This document shows positions 26,654-34,896 of a stretch of 64,000 bases of DNA, one piece after another. The notes beneath the pieces were generated by a model. It was given only the letters and a program-made list of their open reading frames with translations, did no database searches and was not told the origin of the DNA. Position numbers and translations under genes: made by a program. The stretch is from positions 35,272 through 99,271 of the forward strand of contig JACPLD010000002.1 of NCBI GenBank assembly GCA_016186765.1, in the 5' to 3' direction. Each line of letters opens with the position of its first letter. The first letter of the stretch is position 1. The DNA is from Candidatus Kaiserbacteria bacterium (GTDB lineage Bacteria > Patescibacteriota > Minisyncoccia > Phycocordibacterales > UBA2100).

Positions 26654-28348
26654 ATGACGACACAGTTCAACGAAAAGAAGCAGGCCGAGCGGCTTGAGGA
26701 GCTTCGCAAGAAAGAAGAGGAGCAACTTGCGGAAATGCTCTCGCACAAGTACGGCGTCGACTACGTCGATCTCACAAAAAAATCCATCGACACAGACGCG
26801 CTCCGCCTAGTAGGAGAAGAGGAAGCACGCGCTGCTGAGATCGCCGCGTTCCGTAAGATCGCCAAAAAGCTCTTCGTCGCGATGCGCGCGCCGGAGAGGA
26901 GCGACACGCTGCAGGTAGTGGAGAAACTGAAGCGCCTCGGCTACGAGGTGCAGCGATTCATCGTCTCTCGCGACTCGCTTGCGCACGCGTGGGATCGCTA
27001 CCACGACCTTTCCTACGCGACCGAAACCGAAGCGGGAATACTTACGCTCAGCAACGAAACAATCCAGCGAATGCTCGAAAAGCTGAAGACCCTCAACGAC
27101 GTCCGCACGGAAATCGCAAGCTACGCGGGAAGCAAGGACACGCACCGCATCTCGCGCGTCTTGGAGATCATCATGGGCGGTGCCTTATCGCTTGGCGCTT
27201 CCGACGTACACCTCGAGCCTGAAGAGGAGGGAGTGCGCATGCGCTACCGCCTCGACGGCGTCTTGACCCTCGTACTGCAGTTCGACGCACCCACCTACGC
27301 TCTGATCGCTTCGCGAATCAAACTCCTCTCCGGACTAAAGCTCAACATCAAGAACGCCGCACAGGACGGGCGCTTCTCGATAGTCGTGAACGAAAAGGAG
27401 ATCGAGATCCGCACGAGTGTGTTACCCGGCGCGTATGCGGAAACGATCGTGATGCGTATCTTGGATCCCACGACGATCGCGCTCCCGATGGAAAGATTAG
27501 GCTTCGACAAGTACCTCATGGAGATTTTCAGGGTCGAGATCGCAAAGCCAAACGGCATGATCCTCAACACCGGTCCTACCGGATCTGGAAAGACGACAAC
27601 CCTCTACGCATTCCTTAGGCAGGTGCATAACCCCGGCATCAAGATCGTCACGATAGAAGACCCGATCGAGTACCACCTTCCCGGTATCGTGCAGACGCAG
27701 GTCTCGAAAGACTATACCTTTGCAGAGGGCTTGCGCTCCACACTTCGGCAAGACCCAGATGTAATCATGGTTGGCGAGATTCGCGACAGCGAAGTTGCCT
27801 CAACGGCGGTGCACGCCTCTCTCACGGGGCACCTCGTCTTCTCGACACTGCATACGAATGATGCCGCGGGCACGTTCCCGCGCCTCATCGATATGGGCGT
27901 GAACGCCGACATTTTGGGAGCGGCTGTAACGACAGCGATGGCGCAGCGCCTGGTGCGTCGACTTTGTGAACACTGCCGCGAGGCAAAGGTGATCGCCGGG
28001 GAGGATAAAAAACTCATGGAGCCGCTCCTCAAGAGCATCCCGCACGCCGAAGACCTTCCAAAAAATCGCGACACGATGTGGATTGCGAAGGGCTGCGACA
28101 AATGCGGCGGCTTAGGCTACAAAGGCCGCATCGCTGTCGTTGAGGTCATCCTCATGGACAAAGAGATCGAGGAGTGCGTGCGGCACTCCAGCAGCGAGCG
28201 TGACATCTGGAAAGCGGCACGGCACCAAGAGATCCGCCGAATGGCGCAAGATGGTGTCGTGAAAGTGCTGCAGGGCACTACCTCGCTCGATGAACTCGGC
28301 AGAGTAGTTGACTTACGAGATGAGGTCATGTTGGAAGCAATTGCATGA
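26654..28348 (+). CDS. pilB: GspE/PilB family assembly ATPase
   Basis: ASDVHLEP, GPTGSGKTTT, IEDPIEY, RQDPDVIMVGEIRD, Zn CxxC pairs. Confidence 0.9.
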   Translation: MTTQFNEKKQAERLEELRKKEEEQLAEMLSHKYGVDYVDLTKKSIDTDALRLVGEEEARAAEIAAFRKIAKKLFVAMRAPERSDTLQVVEKLKRLGYEVQRFIVSRDSLAHAWDRYHDLSYATETEAGILTLSNETIQRMLEKLKTLNDVRTEIASYAGSKDTHRISRVLEIIMGGALSLGASDVHLEPEEEGVRMRYRLDGVLTLVLQFDAPTYALIASRIKLLSGLKLNIKNAAQDGRFSIVVNEKEIEIRTSVLPGAYAETIVMRILDPTTIALPMERLGFDKYLMEIFRVEIAKPNGMILNTGPTGSGKTTTLYAFLRQVHNPGIKIVTIEDPIEYHLPGIVQTQVSKDYTFAEGLRSTLRQDPDVIMVGEIRDSEVASTAVHASLTGHLVFSTLHTNDAAGTFPRLIDMGVNADILGAAVTTAMAQRLVRRLCEHCREAKVIAGEDKKLMEPLLKSIPHAEDLPKNRDTMWIAKGCDKCGGLGYKGRIAVVEVILMDKEIEECVRHSSSERDIWKAARHQEIRRMAQDGVVKVLQGTTSLDELGRVVDLRDEVMLEAIA

Positions 28349-28356
28349 TTTGACCA

Positions 28357-28388
28357 CAAAACCCCATTGCGGGGGTGCAATGGGGTGT
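28357..28388 (-). terminator. Intrinsic terminator-like hairpin
   Basis: ACCCCATTGC/GCAATGGGGT stem with TTTT on minus strand. Confidence 0.6.
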
Positions 28389-28401
28389 TAGTGTTTGAAT
28401 A

Positions 28402-28426
28402 GCCCTTCGACAAGCTCAGGATAAAC
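28402..28426. repeat. CCTTCGACAAGCTCAGG repeat, intergenic copy
   Basis: GCCCTTCGACAAGCTCAGGATAAAC; related copies at 18989, 19010, 23993, 61965. Confidence 0.75.
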
Positions 28427-28562
28427 GAGGCACACAATTTCGGGCGATGCTTTCGACATGAAAGTTGCGGCGTGGTTCTAAGGATAGGGGCCGTAAGGCC
28501 GCAAGGCGGCCTACCGCCACCGTCCTCGAAAAAGCCACCATCGCCCGAAGCTATGTGCCTCG
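28426..28562 (-). ncRNA. Candidate rod-shaped ncRNA, possibly 6S-like
   Basis: Long closing stem with G-U pairs only on minus strand; promoter-like TTGACT-16-TACTCT at 28641-28614; terminator downstream. Confidence 0.45.
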
Positions 28563-28684
28563 GCAGCGTTACAAAAATGAATTACAAAAAGAGGTATACG
28601 TAAACTGCGCGAAAGAGTATCACATAATATTTAAAAGTCAAGAGCCTCGTTCCCCGCGTCAGACGCGGCAAATGAGCCTCCGCT

Positions 28685-29686
28685 ATGAAAAAAGAAACAG
28701 AAAAATCGCCGCGTTCCCTTGATCAAGCGCTCCGCCCTTCGGATTGGAAGGACTACGTTGGGCAAACAGGCATCAAAGAAAATCTCCGCATTCTCCTCAC
28801 GGCCGCGAAAGGCCGCAATCACCAGCCTGAACACGTTCTTTTGTACGGCCCTCCCGGTCTGGGCAAAACGACGCTCGCGCATCTGATGGCGCGAGAGATC
28901 GGCGCCTCGCTCCGGAGCACCTCCGGGCCTGCGATCGAGCGTGTGGGCGACCTCGCATCGATCCTCACCAACCTCTCTCCCGGCGACGTGCTCTTCATCG
29001 ACGAGATACACCGCCTCAACCGCACGATCGAGGAGGTGCTCTACCCTGCGATGGAAAGCGGCGTCCTCGACATCGTCATCGGCAAGGGCCCCTCGGCACG
29101 CACCGTACAGCTCGAGCTCCCACCATTCACCCTTATTGCCGCGACGACCCGCATCTCGATGCTCTCTGCACCTTTGCGCTCCCGCTTCTCCGGTGGCACG
29201 TTCCGCCTCAACTACTACGACGAGGCCGAGATCATGGAAATTCTCGCGCGCTCCGCAAAAATCCTACACATTATGACCGACGGTGAGTCGGTTCGCGAGA
29301 TCGCTCGTCGCTCTCGCGCAACACCACGTACCGCCAACTACCTTTTGAAGCGCGCGCGGGATTTTGCTGAGGTGAACGAAGAAAAATTGGACCTGAAGAC
29401 AGTGAAGAAAGCACTCGCGCTCCTTGAAATCGATGAGGGTGGCCTCAACCAAACCGATCGTGACATTCTTGCGGTCATCGTTGAGAAATTCAAAGGCGGT
29501 CCTGTCGGATTGAAAACTGTCGCGGCGTCGCTTTCAGAAGAAGAAGAAACGATCGAAGAAGTGCACGAGCCGTACTTGATGCAACTCGGATTGCTAGAAC
29601 GTACTCCGCGAGGACGAGCCGTCACCTCAAAAGGCTACGCCCACATCGGCGCTGAAACATCGCGAGAACAGAAGAGGCTGATTTGA
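28685..29686 (+). CDS. ruvB: Holliday junction helicase RuvB
   Basis: LRPSDWKDYVGQ, GPPGLGKTT, FIDEIHR, EPYLMQLGLLERTPRGR. Confidence 0.97.
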   Translation: MKKETEKSPRSLDQALRPSDWKDYVGQTGIKENLRILLTAAKGRNHQPEHVLLYGPPGLGKTTLAHLMAREIGASLRSTSGPAIERVGDLASILTNLSPGDVLFIDEIHRLNRTIEEVLYPAMESGVLDIVIGKGPSARTVQLELPPFTLIAATTRISMLSAPLRSRFSGGTFRLNYYDEAEIMEILARSAKILHIMTDGESVREIARRSRATPRTANYLLKRARDFAEVNEEKLDLKTVKKALALLEIDEGGLNQTDRDILAVIVEKFKGGPVGLKTVAASLSEEEETIEEVHEPYLMQLGLLERTPRGRAVTSKGYAHIGAETSREQKRLI

Positions 29687-29749
29687 CGAAGTGTGGATAA
29701 GAAGCAAACCCGCGCTTGCAGGGACATACAATGACCGCAACGCACGGTA

Positions 29750-29866
29750 GCGCTCCGTGGAGCATACACCCCATGAGATGGCGAAAGACTATCTCACGGG
29801 GTAAAGAAAAGCTGCTCCACGGCGTTTTAGCGAAAGAGGCCTCCGCGGGGGAGGCCTCTTTCGTTT
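29750..29866 (+). ncRNA. Candidate small hairpin RNA plus terminator
   Basis: CCGTGGAGCA...TGCTCCACGG outer stem, inner ACCCC..GGGGT stem; then CGAAAGAGGCCTCC/GGAGGCCTCTTTCG hairpin. Confidence 0.4.
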
Positions 29867-29867
29867 C

Positions 29868-30015
29868 TCGGCCATTTGCGGATCAGTTGCTTTGGCCGAC
29901 GGCTCCTGCAACGCAGTGCTTGCGCACCGGACCCAAGGAGCTGTCATCTGGTGTGTCGGGGATCGCTCCCGTCCTCTCTCGATGACGCCTGACGCACGGT
30001 AAAGCGCATCAGTGC
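29868..30015 (-). ncRNA. Candidate multi-hairpin ncRNA
   Basis: TTGACA-15-TATACT at 30047-30021 pointing into four consecutive stems, with no credible ORF. Confidence 0.4.
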
Positions 30016-30121
30016 TCCCGAGTATAGCGGGCCGTACTTGGTGTCAAATTTATGCAACTATCCCTTTTTTGGGGATTTCCTGTGCATGGAGCTGTGTATA
30101 AACCGTCCTCCCCGCTAATCC

Positions 30122-31858
30122 CTAGAGCCACCAGAAGAGCGCCTCCCCGATGTTCGTAAAGAGAGTGCCGACTGCTTCTCCAATTGTTCCGAAGCTTTTA
30201 CCCATCACCGAAAAGAAACTCCGCGGCGGAGGTGTACCCTCTTCCCCCTCGCCGGGAATAAATCCATCAATTGGCGAAAACGGCTCGAACGGCGTGTCCG
30301 AAATCTGCGGCTCTTCGGTTTCACTCACTCCTTCCACATCTGCGCTTTGCGATGCATCGCCTCCAACATATGGGGAAGAAGTAGTGCCCGCGATGTCCTC
30401 GATCGCTTCGCTAGCACCTCGGGCACTCTCCCCTCCCGCAAAGCCTGACGGAATCGATTCGAATGGTTCGGAGGCGACATTAATGGGCTCAACTATCGTG
30501 GGATCTCCCGGCACGAGCGTCGACTCGTCGGCGGAAAGTGTCAAGATCAAACGTCCGCGCTCAAGCGGCGGCTTCTCCTCGCGCACGGGCAGCTGCTCCT
30601 CTGCTTCGCCCACTGACTCCTGCTGCAACGTTTCCTCGGAGGAAAAAGCACTGCTCACAAATTCGCCCACCGGCGCCACGACGTTGTCTAAAATCGTACG
30701 GACGAACGAATCTGCACCCTCCTGCCCCTCAAGATCTTTCGCTGTTACGTTCACACTCGGCCGCTTTGTGTTTTGCGCGAGGTTCGCGATGATGTCGGCC
30801 GGGGAAGGCAGCGGTTTGGGAAAGGTGGGCATGGTAGTGACGGTGACCCCGAAGTCTTTGTTGTAGTAATAGCTAGGCTCTTGCGGGGTGTGCGCGATTG
30901 TGCGGACCGTGGAACCACCCGCGCTGCCGCTTCCACCTCCGCTTCCGCCGTTACCGAACACCCAATTTGCGACATTGCTCAAAATCGGCGAATCCCAAAA
31001 CGACTGCCTCGGCACACCGGACTCACTCGGCGGTCCTCCTCGCGCGTCGCCAGAAGATTTGCTCGGAGCAGCACCAGAGTCTGCTATGTTTCCAATTCGT
31101 TGCGCCGCAGAAGTTTGTGCACCCGGAGTTTCCCCCCCTGCCGAGGACGCGGGCGCTTGGGCAGTGGGAGCTTGCGCTGCGATTTGTCCGGTCGGTGCTG
31201 TAGGCGCTTGAGCGGCTGGTTCAGTAGGTTTTGTAGCATCGGAAGCCGGAATAACTTCCGCAGCAGTAGGCCTTGTGGGGTATTCGGGAGCAGACTCGTA
31301 ACCAGCCGCAGGCTTAGGAGGTGTGCACCCTTCACAAACAGTACCCGTGTTAAGCCCCGCGGTTGGTTTAGTAAGCTGCTTCAATGATTCCTCATCCCCC
31401 TCTTCGATTTGTTGGGGATTCCCTTCCTCATCCACGTAATAATCAGCTTTACAATTCTCGACTCCAACACAGTGACCTTGCACATCTACATTGGCTTCTT
31501 CCTTAAATTCAACGCACGACCTCCCGAACAAGTTAGTTATCTGCGCCGGCTTACCTGTTGAGGAATCATATCCCGGAAATGTCGCCGGATACCATCTGCT
31601 CTTGTCACCCACCTCAAGATAGCGCGCCGTTGGAGTTTCAGAAGGACATTGTTTATTCGAGCCTGTTAATGACTGCGGCACATCTGACAGCAGAGATCCG
31701 CCCGAGCTGCCGGACGATGCTGGGGCGCTTACGTCCGCAGCCGCCAGCTGCCCTTTAGGCAGGACCGCATCAGCATCCGGCTCTAGCACCCAGACCATCG
31801 TCCCAAATGCAAGACACAAACCGAAGAATACAAGAAGTCTCTGCGCTCCCTGCTGCAT
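30122..31858 (-). CDS. Exported low-complexity surface protein with Cys-containing domain
   Basis: N-terminal TM, GHCVGVENC motif, Pro/Ala/Ser/Glu-rich, amphipathic C-terminus ending FWWL. Confidence 0.7.
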   Translation of the reverse strand: MQQGAQRLLVFFGLCLAFGTMVWVLEPDADAVLPKGQLAAADVSAPASSGSSGGSLLSDVPQSLTGSNKQCPSETPTARYLEVGDKSRWYPATFPGYDSSTGKPAQITNLFGRSCVEFKEEANVDVQGHCVGVENCKADYYVDEEGNPQQIEEGDEESLKQLTKPTAGLNTGTVCEGCTPPKPAAGYESAPEYPTRPTAAEVIPASDATKPTEPAAQAPTAPTGQIAAQAPTAQAPASSAGGETPGAQTSAAQRIGNIADSGAAPSKSSGDARGGPPSESGVPRQSFWDSPILSNVANWVFGNGGSGGGSGSAGGSTVRTIAHTPQEPSYYYNKDFGVTVTTMPTFPKPLPSPADIIANLAQNTKRPSVNVTAKDLEGQEGADSFVRTILDNVVAPVGEFVSSAFSSEETLQQESVGEAEEQLPVREEKPPLERGRLILTLSADESTLVPGDPTIVEPINVASEPFESIPSGFAGGESARGASEAIEDIAGTTSSPYVGGDASQSADVEGVSETEEPQISDTPFEPFSPIDGFIPGEGEEGTPPPRSFFSVMGKSFGTIGEAVGTLFTNIGEALFWWL

Positions 31859-32006
31859 ACCTACATGGTAGCGCTTTTTGCCCTCTTCAAAATGCTCTGC
31901 GTGAACAACCTCTCAACCCAGTTTCGGCTTATACAAAAGTCCATAGAGAAGAGGCCGGACGTTCGCACGCGCGAATGCCGGCCCCGACTCCTCGCTGTCG
32001 CATCCT

Positions 32007-32285
32007 TCATCGGGAAGCAGCCTTTGGTGGCCTGCTGATGAGTCTGACTCCACCGTAAGCCTCGTCGCCTTCCACTCGGACAATGACCCCAACCAAGCTT
32101 CCGTCGGGAAGCCTGACTTTCGTCCAGCACCATTCGACTCCTTTTTCGTCAGGAGCAGGGTGGCACCCGTTCTCGGGGGCAGCCTTCTCAGCCGCCAAAA
32201 CTGCCGGTGGGGGTGGATCTTCAGCGTAGGCCGCAAAGGGCAGCGCCGCTGCAGCGGCAGCAATCAACATCAGAAAGGCGCGCAT
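32007..32285 (-). CDS. Small secreted hypothetical protein
   Basis: AGGAGG before ATG 32285; signal peptide MRAFLMLIAAAAAALPFAAYA. Confidence 0.6.
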   Translation of the reverse strand: MRAFLMLIAAAAAALPFAAYAEDPPPPAVLAAEKAAPENGCHPAPDEKGVEWCWTKVRLPDGSLVGVIVRVEGDEAYGGVRLISRPPKAASR

Positions 32286-32350
32286 GGCGGCCTCCTTAAG
32301 CTGTTTGCGATCCCACTTATGGCAGGGACCTTCTCCGCACAACGCACCTG

Positions 32351-32373
32351 CGGTCAAGGTAAGACCTTGACCG
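32351..32373. repeat. REP-like palindrome, solo copy
   Basis: CGGTCAAGGT-AAG-ACCTTGACCG, identical to the transposase-flanking copies. Confidence 0.9.
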
Positions 32374-32453
32374 TTAAACACGCTCTGCGGAGAATCCCTG
32401 CCTGCCTGCAAACAGGCCTGCCCACGATATGAGGAGTCTTTGAAAGAACAACG

Positions 32454-32483
32454 CCTGCCCGCCGAAGCCTCGGCGTAGGCGGG
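32454..32483. repeat. PAFAKASAG-type palindromic repeat, intergenic copy
   Basis: CCTGCCCGCCGAAGCCTCGGCGTAGGCGGG. Confidence 0.8.
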
Positions 32484-32589
32484 GACTTTTGTAAGTCCGG
32501 CTTTGCGCTCCACCTCGGGAGTCCAAGGCCGGACCAGCAATGGAGTACTACAACTGCATCATATGCCTTCTGATGCGTACGTGAAGAGC

Positions 32590-32649
32590 ATTATGCCAGA
32601 ATGAAAGCGTTTGTCAACCGATTGACAGGTGGGACACTTTTGGTACACT
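32590..32649. promoter_or_regulatory. Back-to-back divergent sigma70-type promoters
   Basis: Minus strand TTGACA-16-CATAAT; plus strand TTGACA-16-TACACT. Confidence 0.7.
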
Positions 32650-32657
32650 CCATACAT

Positions 32658-32897
32658 ATGGCAACGAGCAAAACACGTTTGCAAATCACGCTTGCCCCCG
32701 ACGTGGGTCCCGCGATCAAGCTCCTCGCCAAGCGCGACCGCGTACCCGCAGCGACCAAAGCCGCGCAACTCCTACGCCAGGCCATCGAGATGGAGGAGGA
32801 TCTGTACTTGTCGAAGATCGCAGAGGAGCGTGACGTTCCCGGCGCAAAATGGCTCACGGAAAAAGAGTTCTGGAAAGCTGCAATGAAAAAGAAATAA
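32658..32897 (+). CDS. Type II antitoxin, RHH-like
   Basis: Small protein KTRLQITL...EMEED with acidic C-terminus, directly upstream of a RelE toxin. Confidence 0.8.
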   Translation: MATSKTRLQITLAPDVGPAIKLLAKRDRVPAATKAAQLLRQAIEMEEDLYLSKIAEERDVPGAKWLTEKEFWKAAMKKK

Positions 32898-32900
32898 CCC

Positions 32901-33176
32901 ATGCGCTATAGTGTTCTTTTTGTACATGCCGTCTTGGCAAAAGACGTACCGTCACTCGACCGTAGCGTGTTGCAGCAGATACACGAAGCCATCGATTCCA
33001 AATTGAAAACGGATCCGGATGTCTTCGGGAAACCGCTCCGCCGCTCGCTCAAAGGTTATCGCTCGCTTCGCGTGGGCAATTATCGGATCGTATATCGAAT
33101 TGAAAAAGCGCTGGTACGCGTTGTTGCGATCATTCACCGCTCGCGTGGATACGAAGAGGTCTCCCGTCGGACGTAA
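32901..33176 (+). CDS. RelE/ParE family toxin
   Basis: FGKPLRRSLKGYRSLRVGNYRIVY..I.HR. Confidence 0.9.
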   Translation: MRYSVLFVHAVLAKDVPSLDRSVLQQIHEAIDSKLKTDPDVFGKPLRRSLKGYRSLRVGNYRIVYRIEKALVRVVAIIHRSRGYEEVSRRT

Positions 33177-33216
33177 GAAACAGAAAGACCGCACTTCGCA
33201 CGAGCGCGGTCTCGAG

Positions 33217-33564
33217 TCACTCTCCATACGTCCCATACTGCCCGTACCGATAGAGTAGCATCTGAATGCTCTCGATGTCGGCACCAAGCACATACTCGCG
33301 GCAGACGAGTGTCGCCGGGACGCCCCCTTGGTGCGTCAACCGCCACAGCGCGTCTGCGCACACAGTGTCCTTCTCTATGTCGCACTTCATGTACAGAACG
33401 CCTGCATCATCAAGAAAGCGCTCCAAATAGAGACAGTACGGGCACCATGCCGTCCTAAAGACGACAACGGGTTTCACCTTGCCATCGCACACGATGGCGT
33501 TCGCCGGCAATGGAGCGAGCGCGATGAGCGCCGCGCACAAGAAAAGCCAACGTTTCATCGTCAT
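33217..33564 (-). CDS. Exported glutaredoxin-like protein
   Basis: Signal peptide, WCPYC, GVP cis-Pro motif. Confidence 0.8.
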   Translation of the reverse strand: MTMKRWLFLCAALIALAPLPANAIVCDGKVKPVVVFRTAWCPYCLYLERFLDDAGVLYMKCDIEKDTVCADALWRLTHQGGVPATLVCREYVLGADIESIQMLLYRYGQYGTYGE

Positions 33565-33628
33565 GTCCTCCTGAACACTGTTGCAACTCTCACGAGTGTG
33601 GCACGGCTACACGCTCGAATCAAACAGA

Positions 33629-33656
33629 AGTGGCCGCTCCTTCGAGAGCGACCACT
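33629..33656 (-). terminator. Terminator-like hairpin
   Basis: AGTGGTCGCTC-TCGAAG-GAGCGGCCACT followed by TCTGTTT on minus strand. Confidence 0.5.
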
Positions 33657-33664
33657 CAAGGTCT

Positions 33665-34228
33665 TCACGGCATCTTGCCGAGCAGGTACTTCCTGGGACT
33701 TTCGGCTACAGTGCCTTCTTCTGGCCCGGGGTCTTTCCCGCACAGCCCGCCTTGCCTGCGAAGCTCGTAGCCCGGTACATTGGACTGCCGGATGAACGCC
33801 ATCCGTCCGCAGTAGCTGGGAACAGCGACCCCAACTTCGACGGGCCTGTCCTTCGACGGGATCTGCATCGCAACCCCGTCTGAAAAGGGATAGGGCTCCC
33901 TGTACATGAAACAGGATTCCTCATCCCATTCCATCTCCTGATTGCCGTTAACATCAGGAGCTTTCGTCTCGAACCCATCGACCAGATAGCCGTTGGCGTC
34001 CCGTCCAACGATTTTCGGGACAGGTTGGCCAGTCGCGGGATTCAGCTTCCATGCCGGGTGCGACCGGCAGAACTCTACCCAGAGGTAGAACATGGTTTGA
34101 AGCTCCGCGGGCTTCTTGATTAACTCGGTGTTGATACGAGTCGGAGGAAGCGGCTGGCCGTCTTGGGCCATTGCGCCGTTTACACCCAGGCCCAGCAGAA
34201 ACGCTAGGGCCGCGACGGTGATTCTCAT
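33665..34228 (-). CDS. Secreted hypothetical protein
   Basis: Signal peptide MRITVAALAFLLGLGVNGAMA; 4 Cys. Confidence 0.7.
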   Translation of the reverse strand: MRITVAALAFLLGLGVNGAMAQDGQPLPPTRINTELIKKPAELQTMFYLWVEFCRSHPAWKLNPATGQPVPKIVGRDANGYLVDGFETKAPDVNGNQEMEWDEESCFMYREPYPFSDGVAMQIPSKDRPVEVGVAVPSYCGRMAFIRQSNVPGYELRRQGGLCGKDPGPEEGTVAESPRKYLLGKMP

Positions 34229-34357
34229 CCTGATTTCCTTTCTCCTTATGCAGTTGTCAAGTGTCAACCCCCTGTAAACTAAATCACGGCCCATGATTGC
34301 TGTCCAGTTGTAGCGCAGGATATCCCTACTCATACTCTAGTGACAAACTTCTAGCGT

Positions 34358-34888
34358 ATGGCCGGACACAGCAAGTGGGCGCAGATCAAGCGCCAAAAGG
34401 AGAAGACCGACGCGGCCAAAAGCGGTCTGTGGAGCAAACTAGGGAAGCGCATCACAGTCGAATCGAAAAAGGCAAAAGGCGACATGAACGCGCCCAACCT
34501 TCGCTCCGCGATAGAGCTCGCCAAGTATGCGAACATGCCGAAAGGCAACATCGAGCGCGCGGTAGCCCGCGGCACTTCGGCTGACGCCGCGGCGCTCGAA
34601 GCGGTCACCTACGAAGCCTACGGACCGGGCGGCGCGGCTATTGTCATCGAGGCTCTCACGGACAGCCGCAACCGCACGTCGCAAGAGATCAAACACATCC
34701 TTTCTAAAAACGGCCTCGCGCTCGCTTCCCCCGGAAGTGCACTCTGGGCATTTGAAAAAACTACCGAGGGATACGAACCGAAAACGAATGTTCCTCTTTC
34801 GGACGCAGACAACGAGCAGTTGATAAAAATCTTGGAGGAGATCGACGCCCACGACGACGTCGAGAATGTATATACGAACGCCGAGTAA
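34358..34888 (+). CDS. yebC: YebC/PmpR family protein, short form
   Basis: MAGHSKWAQIK, YEAYGPGG, LTDSRNRT, DDVENVYTN. Confidence 0.95.
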   Translation: MAGHSKWAQIKRQKEKTDAAKSGLWSKLGKRITVESKKAKGDMNAPNLRSAIELAKYANMPKGNIERAVARGTSADAAALEAVTYEAYGPGGAAIVIEALTDSRNRTSQEIKHILSKNGLALASPGSALWAFEKTTEGYEPKTNVPLSDADNEQLIKILEEIDAHDDVENVYTNAE

Positions 34889-34896
34889 TGCACCCA

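Noticed and set aside
24517-26697. Long plus-strand ORFs opposite polA, and similar shadows opposite dnaA, purA, yidC and comM
   Set aside because: Antisense shadows of GC-rich genes with no recognisable motifs.
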